DNA of 63,732 nucleotides, filler included, from Octopus bimaculoides (Eukaryota), in the NCBI RefSeq assembly GCF_001194135.2. It is 5 parts of 4 records of this genome, joined end to end, with 100 filler letters (N's around TTAATTAATTAA, not from the genome) between each part and the next. Parts side by side here need not be neighbours in the genome. Positions count along the whole stretch, not along the records: positions 41,196 to 61,671 come from NC_068982.1; positions 61,772 to 63,732 come from NC_068996.1; 3 more parts are not named here. One strand, 5' to 3'. Below are positions 50,870-63,732 of the stretch, one piece after another. The position numbers and the translations under genes are program-made. The notes below the pieces were generated by a model. That model saw only the letters and a list, made by a program, of their open reading frames with translations, was not told where the DNA came from and made no database searches. Every line of letters starts with the position of its first letter. Position 1 is the stretch's first letter.

Positions 50870-52130
50870 AGGCAGAAGTCCCATATTAGAAAATGTTGGC
50901 TTACAAATAGTGTGTCATTCGTATTTAACTTCTTTAGATAATTTGAACTCCTACAGCCAGTTTCTCAATAGCTCAGTGCTACCTAGTGTGCCACCTCATA
51001 GAACCATACTAAAAGCAAGATCCCCAGTTTTCATCCATATGCTCCATGCTTATGCAATGGTAGAAGTCTTGACATGTCCTATATACTACACTGTTTGACG
51101 AAGTTTCAGATTAAGAACTTTTTTTCGAAAGTTTCTTTGAATTTCATTGTTTTAGACATCAACGATTACAGTTCAGCAAACATTTCAAATTTTTTCTACT
51201 GGAGTCGGGATATTTTGCTTTCTACAGTGTAGGTTTCCTGTTAAATCATAATGAAACTAAATGGGCGAAAAGATCAAGCCTCGTGCATACATCCCTTGTT
51301 AATTCAAACAGAAACTCGTATCACATGAGTATTTTTTTCCGATTAGCAGCTTCTTGTATTCATCTCTTATTTCCTTCAGTGAAGTACACGCTCTGTGTAC
51401 ATCACGTATGAATTGCCATCTGTACAATTGCATTTGATTTGTTTTACATGCTGTATTCTAAAGTTCACTACATTCCTTTAGGATCGCTAATATATCAGGT
51501 ATTTAAGTATTATTAAATTCTTCAAATTGAGCAATCACGCAATCGTAGCTTTATATATTTATATATATTTGAGGATCTAGTTAACTGATTTCATTGAAAA
51601 ACATTCTTCTCTATAGATGTGACATCTAAATTTAAAGGTGAGATTTGATTTAAGAAACAACATATCTGCAGTCAAATGTATTTCTATAAATTTCAGAGTT
51701 GTTTTTGAACAGCGGTCTTCTATATATTACATATTTGTCAGTGTTTACTTTTGTAAGTACACTTTGAATTCCTCAGGAAAGGCTTTACAACATTTATTTT
51801 CCCCCTAGCAATGTGCATTGAGGATTTGGGTTGCCATAGGAACTGTGAAGTGTACATTTATAAATGATTTCATAAAGTGTTAGCTCAGTATATAGATTAA
51901 GGGTTTTTGCGTCGTGTTTTGTCTGGGTCATAAAATTCGTCCAAGATTATCATGACGATAACATGGGTTATTCTTTGTTTCCGAAATTGGATAGAATAGC
52001 AATACATTTTATCATTTCCAAAACAATATTATTTTCCAGGATATAATTTCACAAGACTGTCAATTTTGTCTTAAATACTCTTGCCGTAGTATCTTGCCTG
52101 CCAAAAGGGAGTAGTCCAAGAAAGATCATA
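50870..52130 (-). mobile_element. Highly degenerate Helitron Rep-domain relic
   Basis: Ordered motifs across stops and frameshifts: GRQDTTARVFKTKL (cf. DRPDIVARVF), HSSYGNPNP..KCCKAFPEEF (cf. HGPCG..NP..KC.K.FP), IYRR, FKFRCHI (cf. FNCHINVE). Confidence 0.7.
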
Positions 52131-52309
52131 TATCCAAGAGTGTATGCCTTAGTCATGAATACATCTGACTCTCTAAATCTTCTCACCATATATATAGTGT
52201 TTTGTTAGCATGCAGATCCTTGAAATGTTGGTGGGAAAATAACTATATACCCTACATCAGTTTCTGTATTACTGACAACAAAGCGTTGCCGCTAATACAG
52301 AACGCTAAA

Positions 52310-52500
52310 AACCGGAACAAATACCTCAATGCATCACTCCCGACGCTAATAATTCCTCCAATCCAGCACCCTGGATTGATATTTTTTTTCCAACTTCCAC
52401 AAGGATGAAAGACAAAGTTGATATCTGTAGAATTTGAACCCAGAACACAGAGACAAAACAAATACTATGAGTCATTATATCCCAAAATGTAACGATTTCT
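52310..52500 (-). mobile_element. Nin/Deu-domain SINE
   Basis: GGATGAAAGACAAAGTTGA...AATTTGAACCCAGAAC. Confidence 0.65.
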
Positions 52501-53940
52501 AATTCTTTTGATACTGTTCAACTCTGGTATGCCTTCTTTGATATCCCACATAATTCAAATTATTTATCCCAAAATGAAAATAAGAGTCGACAACACATTG
52601 CTGAAATCATTTTTCACCGTACAGAAGAGAGCCATTTTAATCTTTTGCTGATGTTTGGGCAACATATCGCAACTTATTAATAGTCGCGCATCAGTTACTT
52701 TTAACCAATTCAGGATTAATGTTCTGTCTTGGTTACTGTCATTATTCTCCAAATTGATACAGTGGTTCATTTTGACATTATTCTCCAAATTGATACAGTG
52801 ATTCATTTTGACAGTCTACACATTCATGCAGGCTTGGGTATTTTTTTAAAGGAAATCTCTCGGTTGTTCATACATGCAGGTCTCCACCCTCTACACCACT
52901 AATGTTAATCTGAGGAAACAACCGCTGACCTGTGATGAAACAGCTTGGCATTAATGTCGTCTCATGCGTGGCTGTCAAATTTCGAAGAGCTGGAACAGGT
53001 ATCTCAATGCATCTCGTCCGACCCTCTAATAATTTTCCCCATCTATCGCTCTACATTGATACTTTTTCTATCAAATTCCGAGAGGACGAAAGGTAAAGTT
53101 GATCAGTAGTTCAAGATTAGAGTTCAGTATGTTCAAACTGATAACAAAACTTTCTTTCTTTCGGGGATAAACCCCAAAGTCACTTTTAGAAGGAGTTTCC
53201 CGTAATTATTCCTAAGGATCTTTGCCGATTCATTCAGTGTTGGTAAATTATAACATCTTTGATTAATGTTTCGTATAGACAACTGATATTATAATCGTTC
53301 TCCTCCTTTCTAAGCTTCCTCATTCTCTAAAAGCGTAGGCATTGCTAACTCTGATTATCTGACCTAAAGAAGTCACAATTTAAGAGACGCACTGTTCCCT
53401 ATTCTGATTTTCTAATCTAATGTCTCTGGTCATTTTCGAACCAAATAGAAACATTTTCGGGATTTTCCTCTGGTAAGATGCTTATTACTATCAATATTTA
53501 TGCATTCTTAATCAAAGACTTGGCTAAAAACGCATAAAAATGTAGCCCTTGAACAAGTTGAGAGTTGTAAGATCTGTTGTCTTTTAAATATTTATAACTG
53601 GGATTCCTTAGGCTGCTAATTAAATTACAAACGTCTAGTGGTGCTTGTCTTCGATTAAGTACAGTGGTTATTGAATATACCTTAAAAGAGACTGTCAGAT
53701 AAATATTTCTCTTATGGTATGTTCAGTTGTTAAACAATATTCACGAACTCATACATTTCTTATATTTTGAATAACATTTGCATTTCAGCGTGTTGTGTTG
53801 ATTGTATTTTCTTCAACTTATGCATCTATTCTGTTTTCTGTTGATAATTTTTCCTTCAATAAGTAAGAGAACCCTAGACCTGTACTTTAGCAATTATTTT
53901 GTCATTGTTCTGCTTCGTCATGAAATACACATTCTCACTC

Positions 53941-54001
<61 letters not shown>

Positions 54002-54498
54002 TTCTCTATCTATCTATCTATTTATCTATCTATCTCTCTGTCTATCTCTCTTTCTCTTTCTCTCTCTACCTATCACACAAAAATATGTATGCATATATAC
54101 ATGCATACGTGTATATATACGCATACATGCATCACGGTACATATATACAAACTTGCATACATACATTAATGTGTATATGTGTGTGCGTGTATAGGTTTGT
54201 ATACTAGTTAACATATATGACATTACCCGAGTTAAAGCATCAAGGAATTATTGTTATGGGGAAGATACAGTTGCATGAAATTGCATGAAATAGTGATGAA
54301 ATTGTGACTTAGATTGTGGAAAATAGCGGGAGGAAGAAAAATAAATCTCTAGAGACAGAAGAAAGTAGAGTAATAATAGGTAAGAAGTAGAAGGCAGAGC
54401 AGACGCATATGCGCGCATGTGTTAGCATGCTAAAAAGCCAGCAACAGGGAAAGTGCGAAACAGTTGTCAAGCAAAGCGGAGAAACCGCAGGAGCAAAA

Positions 54499-54601
<103 letters not shown>

Positions 54602-54804
54602 TGTGTCTGTGTCTATGTGTGCGTGTGTGCGTGTGTATCTGTGTGAAAGCGTGTATGTGTGTGCATTCTTGTGCTAGTGTATTTATTTCTGTATGTGTGC
54701 GTGTATAAGTGTAGAAAAATGGAGCAAAAGTGTGAGTGCTGGCTTATGTGTGTGTGAAGAGTGGGTGATAAGGTTATGTATGTCACTACGCCATATACCC
54801 ACGA

Positions 54805-54880
54805 GCATATGGCGTAGTGGTTAAGAGCGCGGGCTACTAACCCCAAAATCCTGAGTTCGATTCCAAGCAGTGACCTGAAC
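54805..54880 (+). mobile_element. tRNA-derived SINE head
   Basis: A box TGGCGTAGTGG (54810-54820), B box GTTCGATTC (54855-54863), followed by (AAT)n. Confidence 0.75.
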
Positions 54881-54914
<34 letters not shown>

Positions 54915-55180
54915 GTGTTTTGCTCAACATCCTTAAACAAACCTTATTAAGGGACCTTTTGAGCGGGATAGGCTACTCGACCTGAAGAAAATTCTAACTG
55001 GGCCCCACCTGTGAGGTCATGCGCTGTTTATCTTGATATGAGATCACCATGTCGCGCACATATGGTTGTGATGCATGTGCCTGGTGTACCCTTATCAGAC
55101 GGGTAGTCATGATGGGTATAATGGGTTTCGTATATTTTACCCCAATGTCACTTTGATGGCATGCACTGCTCTCTCACTCA
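54915..55180 (+). mobile_element. (AAT)n-flanked retroposon of about 270 bp (same family as 45846-46134)
   Basis: Pairwise similarity over the full length, with (AAT)n on both sides. Confidence 0.8.
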
Positions 55181-55186
55181 GTAACA

Positions 55187-55232
<46 letters not shown>

Positions 55233-55234
<2 letters not shown>

Positions 55235-55416
55235 TCGAAAAATACCTTAGGAATGAGAACCCAGGTTCGAAATTTCCCCAAGACACATGAAGAAGGCTGG
55301 AGAGTATATCAGCCGAAACGTTTTGTTAACAACAAACAAGATGAGGACAAATATCCGTCGAATGTAAATAATGTAAATAATGTACATAATTCCTCATCTC
55401 TTAAATATAGAACTGT
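55233..55416 (+). mobile_element. Penelope-pLTR-like tail with hammerhead motif
   Basis: Contains the hammerhead motif at 55283-55326 and short tandem ATGTAAATA repeats. Confidence 0.6.
55283..55326 (+). ncRNA. Minimal hammerhead motif, two mismatches from functional
   Basis: ACAC-ATGAAGA-A-GGCTG-GAGAGTATAT-CAGCC-GAA-ACGT-T-TTGT: C3A and one stem I mismatch; stem II is a perfect 5 bp. Confidence 0.55.
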
Positions 55417-56137
55417 ATATGTCTATGTCAAAAAGGGAAGGTGAATGATAACGTGTGTGCATATGTGTGAGCTATATGTGTGCAAAGGGTAAATTAGTGT
55501 GGGTAAGCGTGTTTCAATAACACGGTGTGTAGGTGTACGTGCGTGTGAACGAGTTCGCATATGTAGATGCATCAAGAGGAGGAGATTGTTCAAGAGACTC
55601 GATGTGTATATGTTTGTGAGAGAGATGTGAAGGTATAGCGAAAGTGGTAGAAGGAAAGAGAGTGCGTATGTGAAATCGGTGAAAAGTGTATAAAAGGTGT
55701 GTGCGTAGGTGTGAAGATTGTGTGGGGTGACATGTGGGTAGTAGAAAAAGGCGTGAGTAGAGTGCATGGGTGTGGCATGGGAGAGGGGAAGAGAGAAACA
55801 ATGGAGAGGGATGTATAGTTATGGAGCAGGTGGGGGGAAAAGAAGTAATAAGGATTGAGGTGGAGAATTCAGACTGAAAGATGTATACGTTGCCCTTGGA
55901 GGCGAGTGGCTGGAAATCTGGGGTGAAAGAGTGACGATTTGAATGGTCGGTGGAGTCGAAATGCCGAAATACAGGGAACCCTGTTTTTATGAAGCGTTAA
56001 ACAAATACAGTATTTGTTAAATCTTATCCTTCTATATTGTCTTTTTTCTTCCTTTAATTGTTCATTGCATTTACAATGTTTTTTTTTTTGTTTTTGCGTT
56101 TCCGCAGACCACTTAAAGCTAACTCGATCAATCGAGA

Positions 56138-56168
<31 letters not shown>

Positions 56169-56201
56169 GTAGATAAATAAATAGATAGATAGATAGATAA
56201 G

Positions 56202-56250
<49 letters not shown>

Positions 56251-56417
56251 GCAGAATTTTCAAATATTTGTAAGATGAAAAGAAAAAATTCTTTTTTCAT
56301 CAACATTCTTAAAAGAAGGTATAATTGCTTATTTTGATATCCCTTCTCTCATATCAATGTGACACATCAATATATTGCCAAGTTGCAGAATTATCGATTA
56401 AACCTATGCCTAACATA

Positions 56418-56748
56418 GTGAATGCGCATGGCTTCATGGTTATGTTATTCGACTCACAATCGTAAGGTCGTGAGTTCAATACCCGGTGACGTGTTGCGTC
56501 CTTGAGCAAGACATTTTATTTAACGTTGCTCCAGTCTACTCAGATGGCAAAAAAAAAAAAAAGAATACTGTCTGTATTTCAAAATGCCAGCCTTGTCATT
56601 CTCTATGTCACGCTGAATCTTCCTGAGAATTATGTTAAAAGTACATATGTCTGTGGAGTGCTCAGCCATTTGCACATTAATTTCACGAACAGGCAGTTCC
56701 GTTGATCGGATCAACTGGAACCCTCGTCGTCGTAAGCGACGGAGTGCT
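56418..56748 (+). mobile_element. SINE family A-related copy (different head/central domain)
   Basis: Shares the 3' body. Central GTCCTTGAGCAAGACA motif. Confidence 0.8.
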
Positions 56749-57381
56749 AGTTAATTTATGATGATTCTGCATTATATGACTCATTCAATAAACATACTTC
56801 TTTACATGGACAAGCGCTTTTAGAGGTTGCAGTAGAGATAAAACTCACTTTAAAGTTACGTTTGTTGAACAGTTTTCTATATCTATGGCTAGTGGGGAAG
56901 TGCTTATCTGTTAAACTTCGGAAAAGTTTAGCTGTGTTTAACATAACACTTAGAGAATAGGTGTGAAAGCAAATAATATTACATATTGCAACACCCCAGA
57001 AAAACGGAAAGCCTTCGTACTTTTATTTGGTTTTCATCCTGCACTTTTCAACAATTAAAATAAATATAACTTAAAACCTTTGAAAATTTCGTAGATACAT
57101 ACATACATACATACATGCATACGTACATACATGCATGCATGCATGCATACATACATACATACATACATACATACATACATACTAGCGTGACCGCGTGATA
57201 ACAAGTTTGCTTCCCAACTACAAAGTTCGGGAGTCAGTCCTATTGGTGGCACCTTGGGCAAGTGTCTTCTACTATAGTCTCGAGTCAACCAAAGATTTGT
57301 TTGGTAGACGGAAACTGAAAGAAGCCCGTCATCTCCACACACACACATACAAACACATACATACACACATACATACACTCG

Positions 57382-57416
<35 letters not shown>

Positions 57417-58001
57417 ATATGACTGAAACAAGTAAAAGGTGATATATATGTATATATATACGTGTGTGTGTATGTGTGTGTATCTTTGTGTGTCTGTGTT
57501 TGTCCTCCAGCACTGCTTTACTCCTGCTGTTCGTGTAATTACGTCCTTACATGCCCGTAACCTAGCGGCTCGGCAAAAGAAACTGATAGAATAACTACTG
57601 AGCTTTGAAAATAAGTACTGGGGTCAAGTCATTCGACTAAAACTCTTCAAGGCGGTGCCCCAGCATGGGCGCAGCTGAAAGACTGAAACAAGTAAAAGAT
57701 AAAAGATATACATACACATGCGCACACACGCGTACACACGCACGTGTGCACACATACACACACACATACACATGTATATCGTGTATGTGTGTGTGTGTGT
57801 GCATGTGCGTGTGTGTGTGTACACCTACAGGTGCAATTCTGAGCAGCAACAGGGTCGCCTAACATAAAACATACTATGAATCTATTTACCTATACTATAG
57901 CATGAGTCATCTCTTTCCAACAGTTAACACTAAGCGCATATATGCATGCCTGCATACATTCATACATACAAACATCTGTGTATGTATACATACATACGTA
58001 C

Positions 58002-58057
<56 letters not shown>

Positions 58058-58944
58058 GTGTGTGTGTGTGGGTGTGTGTGTGTATGTATGTATGTATGTA
58101 TGTATGTATGTATGTATGTATGTATGTATGTGTGTGTGTATGTATGTATGTATGTATATTCCCTTAAAAATACGACTATGTTCCAGTTTTCTTTTTTTAC
58201 GACAGATTTTATCGTATTTTCGTGAACTTTTTTCTTTTCTTTTTCTTTGTTTTGCTTTATTGCAGTTTGTTTGGAGTCAGCAACGTTTCTAGATCTGCAA
58301 TTTATGCTTCCAGACTCTCATAATCTCATCTTCAGGATATGAAGTAGATTTCGCTTTTGTATTGCTTCAGTTATGTTGGTTGAATTTATGTAGACTTTAC
58401 CACCAGAGGGTTTTGACCGCTAGGCTTGCACGTCAGTTGTCACGTGTTAATTTATTCTATTGTACAAATTTATGTAAGCTTTACCGCCTAAATTTTGATT
58501 ATTAGGCTTCCATGTCAGCAGTCACGTGTTAGTTCTTTTTTTTTTTTCGCGTATCTGTTGTTTGCGTGTTATTTTAGCATCATGTTGCAATATGGGTATT
58601 GTTTCCGTAATTAATCGTATTTTTCTTTTTTGTGAGGAATTTTATACAGTAAGGACATAGTATTCACAAATATTTTGCTAGCTCTATTTTGTGCTCAATA
58701 TTAGTGTTTTGCGATTACTCCTTGTTGTAAATGCATAGTGAGCCCAAGAGAGAGTGCTATACTATAATGACCAATATAATACATGAAATCCTGAAATTTA
58801 CAACTTTCAGTTTGAAGGTAAATTATATTACATAATTCATTGGGCAATTTAGTTTACATTTGTTATTAGTGGCTTATCCTCGGGTTTACATGCTTGTATC
58901 GTGTTTTTTTTTTCCTCTAGTTTCAGCTCAGAGCTGCGGCCATG

Positions 58945-59245
58945 CTGATGCACAGCCGTTTTGCTACACTGTTATTACTGAAAGCCTCCTCTAATATGTG
59001 ACGCTTGGTGAAGAATGGAGTTTGATGTAGCTACCGTCATTTGCACCTCTTTCTGTGAGGTAGGTTCATCTGGGACTCTCAACAGGAAGAGTTCCAGCTT
59101 TGATTTAAAAACGCCTACATCTATTTTGTGCAGGTTCTTCAGGCTCTTTGGGAGAATATTAAAAAGCTGTGGGCCCCTGAAACCCAAGCTGTTGCAGTAA
59201 CTGGTCCTGAAGCGCGATGGTGTTGCTGGAATCTTTGTCATTGAT
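58945..59245 (-). mobile_element. CR1/L2-like LINE 3' end
   Basis: NSLGFRGPQLFNILPKSL...VFKSKLELFL..VPDEP. Confidence 0.8.
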
Positions 59246-60815
59246 TTTTTTGCTTTGGATGAGATGATTTTGCAGTATGTTATTAGTTTTAGTCTATAGT
59301 CAGGTGTGTTTTGTATTTCGTTTTTTGAGGCTTTTGATTATGTATTCATTTGTTAGATAATTGTTATTCACATAATAAATTTTATCTGTAATTTGTGTAT
59401 TTTTATTGTACGTACTCTTTGATGTATTTATTGTATTGTATTTGTATCTGTATTCATGTGTAGTTCAGTCTACCAGTTTGTTGGAATATCTGTTGTTAAT
59501 TAATGTTCTTTCTCTTGTGGCTCGTTTGTGTGTGACAATCTAAATGCTCATCTAAAGAATGATTTTTACCACTGACATCTTATAATAGTGTTGGCATTCA
59601 CCGTCTCCATGTAGGTGTATGCTTTTGTTTGAACAACTGTCACTTCGAGCAATCGTTTTGTCAGTCAACGTTTTACGATGAATTTTTATGTAGACCTAAC
59701 TGTCTCCCTATCATAATTTTTAAAGTTATCTCTTGACAGTGTTATTCATCCATCTGCGGTCAGCAAATCAAAATACCAGTCAACCTTATTTAACGAGTGT
59801 GGGTGCGTGCTTTGGTTGTGTTAGAATCTATTGAACTTCTGAAGTCATTGTTCCAAACTATGTAACGAAGAAAGTATGACATTTAGAGGTGTCAACGAGT
59901 TAAAAATCTGAAACTCCGCACGTGCAAGTTGAACTCCCTCGATGACATCCGGTGTACACTGTCACATGGGTCCTTTTTAGAATTTGTTAAGAGAAGAAAA
60001 ATATACAAAGGTAAATGAAAGAAAAAGGAGAAAGATAAAAAAAAAATGAGCAAAAAGAAAACGATAAAAAAATAAAAGTAAATGAAAACAGCTTTAAAAA
60101 AGAATAATTTTGCAAACTAATGAATAATTGTTGGTAGGAAAGACTGAAAGATAAATATGGGAAATGAAAGAAAGAAAGTGAGACTGAAAAAGACAAGAAT
60201 AAAAGTATGAAAAAAAGACAATGAATGAAGAAAAGAATGAAAGATAGACAAGAAAGGAAAGAAAATAGTAAAGCTATAAATATATAATGGAATAAATAAG
60301 GAAGATAGGATAGAAAAATAATGAAAGAAAAAGTATAAGAAGGTAAAAAGGAAGCGAAAGCGATGACAATGCACCAGCCTAACAACGGGCAATCGTAACA
60401 GGTGTTGTGTTTTAAATATCTTATTATAAAACTGGAAGTGGAGGAAACGATGGTAGTAGAGGAGTGGAAAGAGGTTGATTTATTGAAAACAGAAAAAAAA
60501 TGTCAAAGTACATTCACACCTGAGTGACTTTTGGAGGAAGATAACGCAGGATTGGCGTTATACACTGAAGTAAATTGTTTAAGACTCTATCAAATGACAG
60601 GATTAAAAACTGAATGCAGGGAGCGATAGGAAATAGGTTAAAAGAACGTCTTTTCAAGATCCTATTAGAAGACGTTCGAATTACATAGAAACTGAAGTGA
60701 ATGACAAATAGATAGGAAAAAGAAACGTAGAAGCAAAGTAAGAGGCAGATTCAGATTGAATTTCTTTCTTTAAGCCATTATAAAGTAACGTACATTGTTA
60801 TTTATATACCAATTA

Positions 60816-61015
60816 GGCGTCGAGCTGGCAGAATTGTTAGCACGCCGGTCAAAATACTTAGCGGTATTTCGCCCATCTTTATGTTCTGAGTTCAAATTCC
60901 GCCGAAGTCGACTTTGCCTTTCATCTCTTCGGTGTCGATAAAAATAAATACCAGTTGAGCGTTGAGGTCTTATACCCTTTCCCCGAAATTGCTGGCCTTG
61001 TGCCGGAATTTGAAA
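60816..61015 (+). mobile_element. Nin/Deu-domain SINE, full length
   Basis: GGCGTCGAGCTGGCAGAA...GAGTTCAAATTCCGCCGAAGTCGACTTTGCCTTTCATC. Confidence 0.85.
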
Positions 61016-61671
61016 TTATTATTGGATCTTTGTGGTTTTTGTCACACTCACAGTTTGCAATTATCTTTAAAACAAAAAAAAATGATGTATCATATAGATG
61101 TAATTTTTGACGCTGAATTCGAATTTGCTACTTATTTATTCCAGAAAAAATTTACAAAAATGTTACAGGTGTTCAAAGTTTGATATTTTCAGAATTTTCA
61201 GCCAATCAGAAAACAGCGCGTTCGCTGCCTTTTCCATCATCTGTGGGTGGGAGCATCGGCATGTCAAAACATTAAACTAGCTACAGTAAACTGAAAACAT
61301 GAAGACATTCGCGAGCAAGTTAAATATTAAAAAGTTACGAACAAACCATGATTTATATATATTTATTTATTATAAGACAATACAATAAAGAAGTAATTAA
61401 TAAATTATTATTTATTAATTAAAAAATTGGCAAACATCTCTTACAGCTGTTTCAATTCCAGACCTTTAGAAAATTAATTAATAAATTAAAAATTATTTGA
61501 AAGTCGAATCTATTCAAATGTAGTTTAAGATATACAAAATAGTTGTTCAATTCCTGCATGTTGACTAAACGGCTGCAAACTGTAAGGGATGTTTGTCAAT
61601 TTTTTAATTAATAAATAAATCATTAATTAGCTCTCTATTTTCTTATGCTATTATATATATATATATATATA

Positions 61672-61771
61672 NNNNNNNNNNNNNNNNNNNNNNNNNNNNN
61701 NNNNNNNNNNNNNNNTTAATTAATTAANNNNNNNNNNNNNNNNNNNNNNNNNNNNNNNNNNNNNNNNNNNN
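61672..61771. other. Artificial 100-bp scaffold/contig spacer
   Basis: 44 N + TTAATTAATTAA + 44 N. Confidence 0.95.
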
Positions 61772-62077
61772 ATATATATATATATATATATATATAAAAC
61801 GGGATTCTTTCAGTTTCCGTCTCTCAAATTCACTCACAAGGTTTTGGTCGGCCCGGGGCTATAGTAGAAGACATTTACCCACGATGTTTCGCAATGGGAT
61901 TCAACTGAGAACTATGTATTTGGGAAGCAAACTTCTTACCACACATCCACGCCAGCGCCTATATTTCCATGCTACTCTTTATAGCTCTATGTCATGTGCT
62001 TCGAGAACCATTATTCCAAAACAAATTATATGCGTATGTATTCGTGAAAACATATATTTGTAGTATATGTGCATGAC

Positions 62078-62390
62078 GTGAAGGCGCGTGGCTTAGTGGT
62101 TAGGGTATTCGACACACGATCGTAAGGTTTGGAGTTCGATTCCCGGTAATGCAGTGTGTCCTTGAGCAAGACACTTTATTCCACGTTGCTCCAGTTCACT
62201 CAGCTGGTAAAAATGAGTTGTATCTGTATTTCAAAGGGCCAGCTTTGTCACACTATGTTTCACGCTGAATCTCCCTCAGAACTTCGTAAAAGGTACGCGT
62301 GACTGTGGAGTACTCAGCCACTTGCACGTTAATTTAGTTTCGTCGATCGGATCAACTGGAACCCTCATCGTCGTAACTGACGGAGTACCA
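62078..62390 (+). mobile_element. SINE family A-related copy
   Basis: Same structure as 56418-56748. Confidence 0.8.
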
Positions 62391-62536
62391 GTTGTGCGTG
62401 ACATTGTGTGAGTTTTTGTACACAGGTATAGAGCCGTGCGTAGCAACATCCACACAGATATAGAAACACAAAGCTGTGTGGACGCACTAACAAAAGCACA
62501 CACGGACACTCACATGGAGACGCGCATGCATACACA

Positions 62537-62577
<41 letters not shown>

Positions 62578-62659
62578 GGAAATCTAGAGATTCTCATTAA
62601 TTTCGTATCTCGCCTTTCATCTGGTTATTTTTTATTTGTAATTATAGCGCAATGTGTAT

Positions 62660-62975
62660 CGATTGTTGTTGTTGTTGTTGTAATTGTTGTTGTTTTTGTT
62701 GTTGTTGTTGTTGTTGTTGTTGATTGTGGTTGTCAGTTTTTTGTTCCTCTGTAGCTGTTGTTGTTTCTCTTTCGGATGTTGCTCATATTATTGTTCTTAT
62801 TGTTGTTGAATTGTATATTTTGGTGTTATCATTATTAGCTGTTGTTGTTGTTGTGGTTGGTGGTAGTAGTGTTGTGATAGTTATAGTTGTTGTTGTTATT
62901 GTTGCTGTTGTTGTTGTTTCTGCTGATGCTGCTAGAGTTGTCGTTCAGTCGCAGTGGTGGTGGTGGTGGTTTTTG
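62660..62975. repeat. Degenerate (GTT)n low-complexity tract (similar at 130-530 and 1185-1260)
   Basis: Read directly from the sequence; explains the hydrophobic pseudo-ORFs. Confidence 0.85.
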
Positions 62976-63502
62976 CTATTTAGTTCAAAGTCAGCCTGTA
63001 TGAGCAGATCCAAAGCGTCGCTAACCGTGACCACCGCGTCCATATTTTGGTATATAGTTTATCTGAAACTACAGTAGTCAATGTAGTCCTCGATTTTCTT
63101 GACGATAGAGTGTATTTCGAAGGAAAACATACGTTTGCTATTTCTAGCTTTTCAACCCACCCCTGGACTGCCCCCCCCCCCNNNNNNNNNNNNNNNNAGA
63201 CCAAACAAGCCAAGATTATCAATCAGTGAGCAATCCTGTCTTTTATTTAGTCTTAGAATATCAAGGATAACACAGCCCAATCCTGAATAATCTACGTCTG
63301 AATGAAAGACGGGATGTTCACGTATTGATCATCTTGGCTTTGCTTGATCTGAGCAGTCCTGGGGATTAAACAATAAAATAACATTAGCAATAATATGAAT
63401 TGTATCCAACCCCGATCAAGTATTCCTATATTCAAAAACGTTCCGTGCTAACGCTCAACCACACCCTTTTCCTTCCATGCATACGTATATCTAAGCGTCC
63501 TT

Positions 63503-63720
63503 CTTTAACTCTTTTACTTGTTTCAGTCATTTGACTGTGGCCATGCTGGAGCACCGCCTTTAGTCGAGCAAATCGACCCCAGGACTTATTCTTTGGAAGC
63601 CTAGTACTTATTCTATCGGTCTCTTTTGCTGAACCGCTAAGTTACGGAGACGTAAACACACCAGCATCGGTTGTCAAGCGATGTTGGGGAGACAAACACA
63701 GACACACAAACACACACACA
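63503..63720 (+). mobile_element. Repeat family C (other copies: 5640-5845, 18470-18680, 19915-19965, 31410-31625, 40670-40835 +; 10335-10405, 57470-57700 -)
   Basis: TTTTACTTGTTTCAGTCATTTGACTG.GGCCATGCTGGAGCACCGCC...CCGAACCGCTAAGTTACGG.GACGTAAAC...ACAAACACAGACAC. Confidence 0.85.
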
Positions 63721-63732
63721 CACACACACACA

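Noticed and set aside
52738-52812. 36-bp tandem duplication, possible CRISPR-like repeat
   Set aside because: Two adjacent copies with no spacer: an ordinary local duplication in a eukaryotic context.
54920-55000. HDV-like ribozyme at the 5' end of the 270-bp AAT-flanked element (GCTCAA/TTGAGC-GG, GCTAA in the 46xxx copy)
   Set aside because: No credible P3/L3 with P1.1 geometry could be built by eye.

Overview
AT-rich, repeat-dense eukaryotic (metazoan) genomic DNA. The SINE families and microsatellite density point to a cephalopod, probably Octopus (inference). No CRISPR, rRNA or bona fide tRNA genes were found. Four identical 100-bp artificial spacers (44 N + TTAATTAATTAA + 44 N) split the window into five pieces whose adjacency is not shown by sequence. 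The one confidently identified host gene is the 5' end of cytoplasmic dynein-2 heavy chain (DYNC2H1; coding exons 39071-39256 and 40316-40625). About 2 kb upstream lie an RFX X-box-like motif and a candidate divergent minus-strand first exon. The rest is transposon debris: four to five abundant SINE families (one with a Nin/Deu domain), Tc1 (DD36E) and mariner (DD34D) relics, R4/Dong-like, RTE, Tx1 and CR1/L2 LINE fragments, three Helitron pieces, MITEs and GGATC-ended elements with 8-bp TSDs. The most interesting signals are (i) three minimal Penelope-type hammerhead ribozyme motifs, one apparently in the tail of a tRNA-headed SINE-like composite, and (ii) an (AAT)n-targeted insertion cluster containing an R4/Dong-like LINE with a twin-priming-type 5' inversion and a short partner sharing its 3' tail. 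Most long ORFs in the supplied track are N-gap or microsatellite artefacts. Repeat boundaries are approximate unless TSDs or TIRs are quoted.
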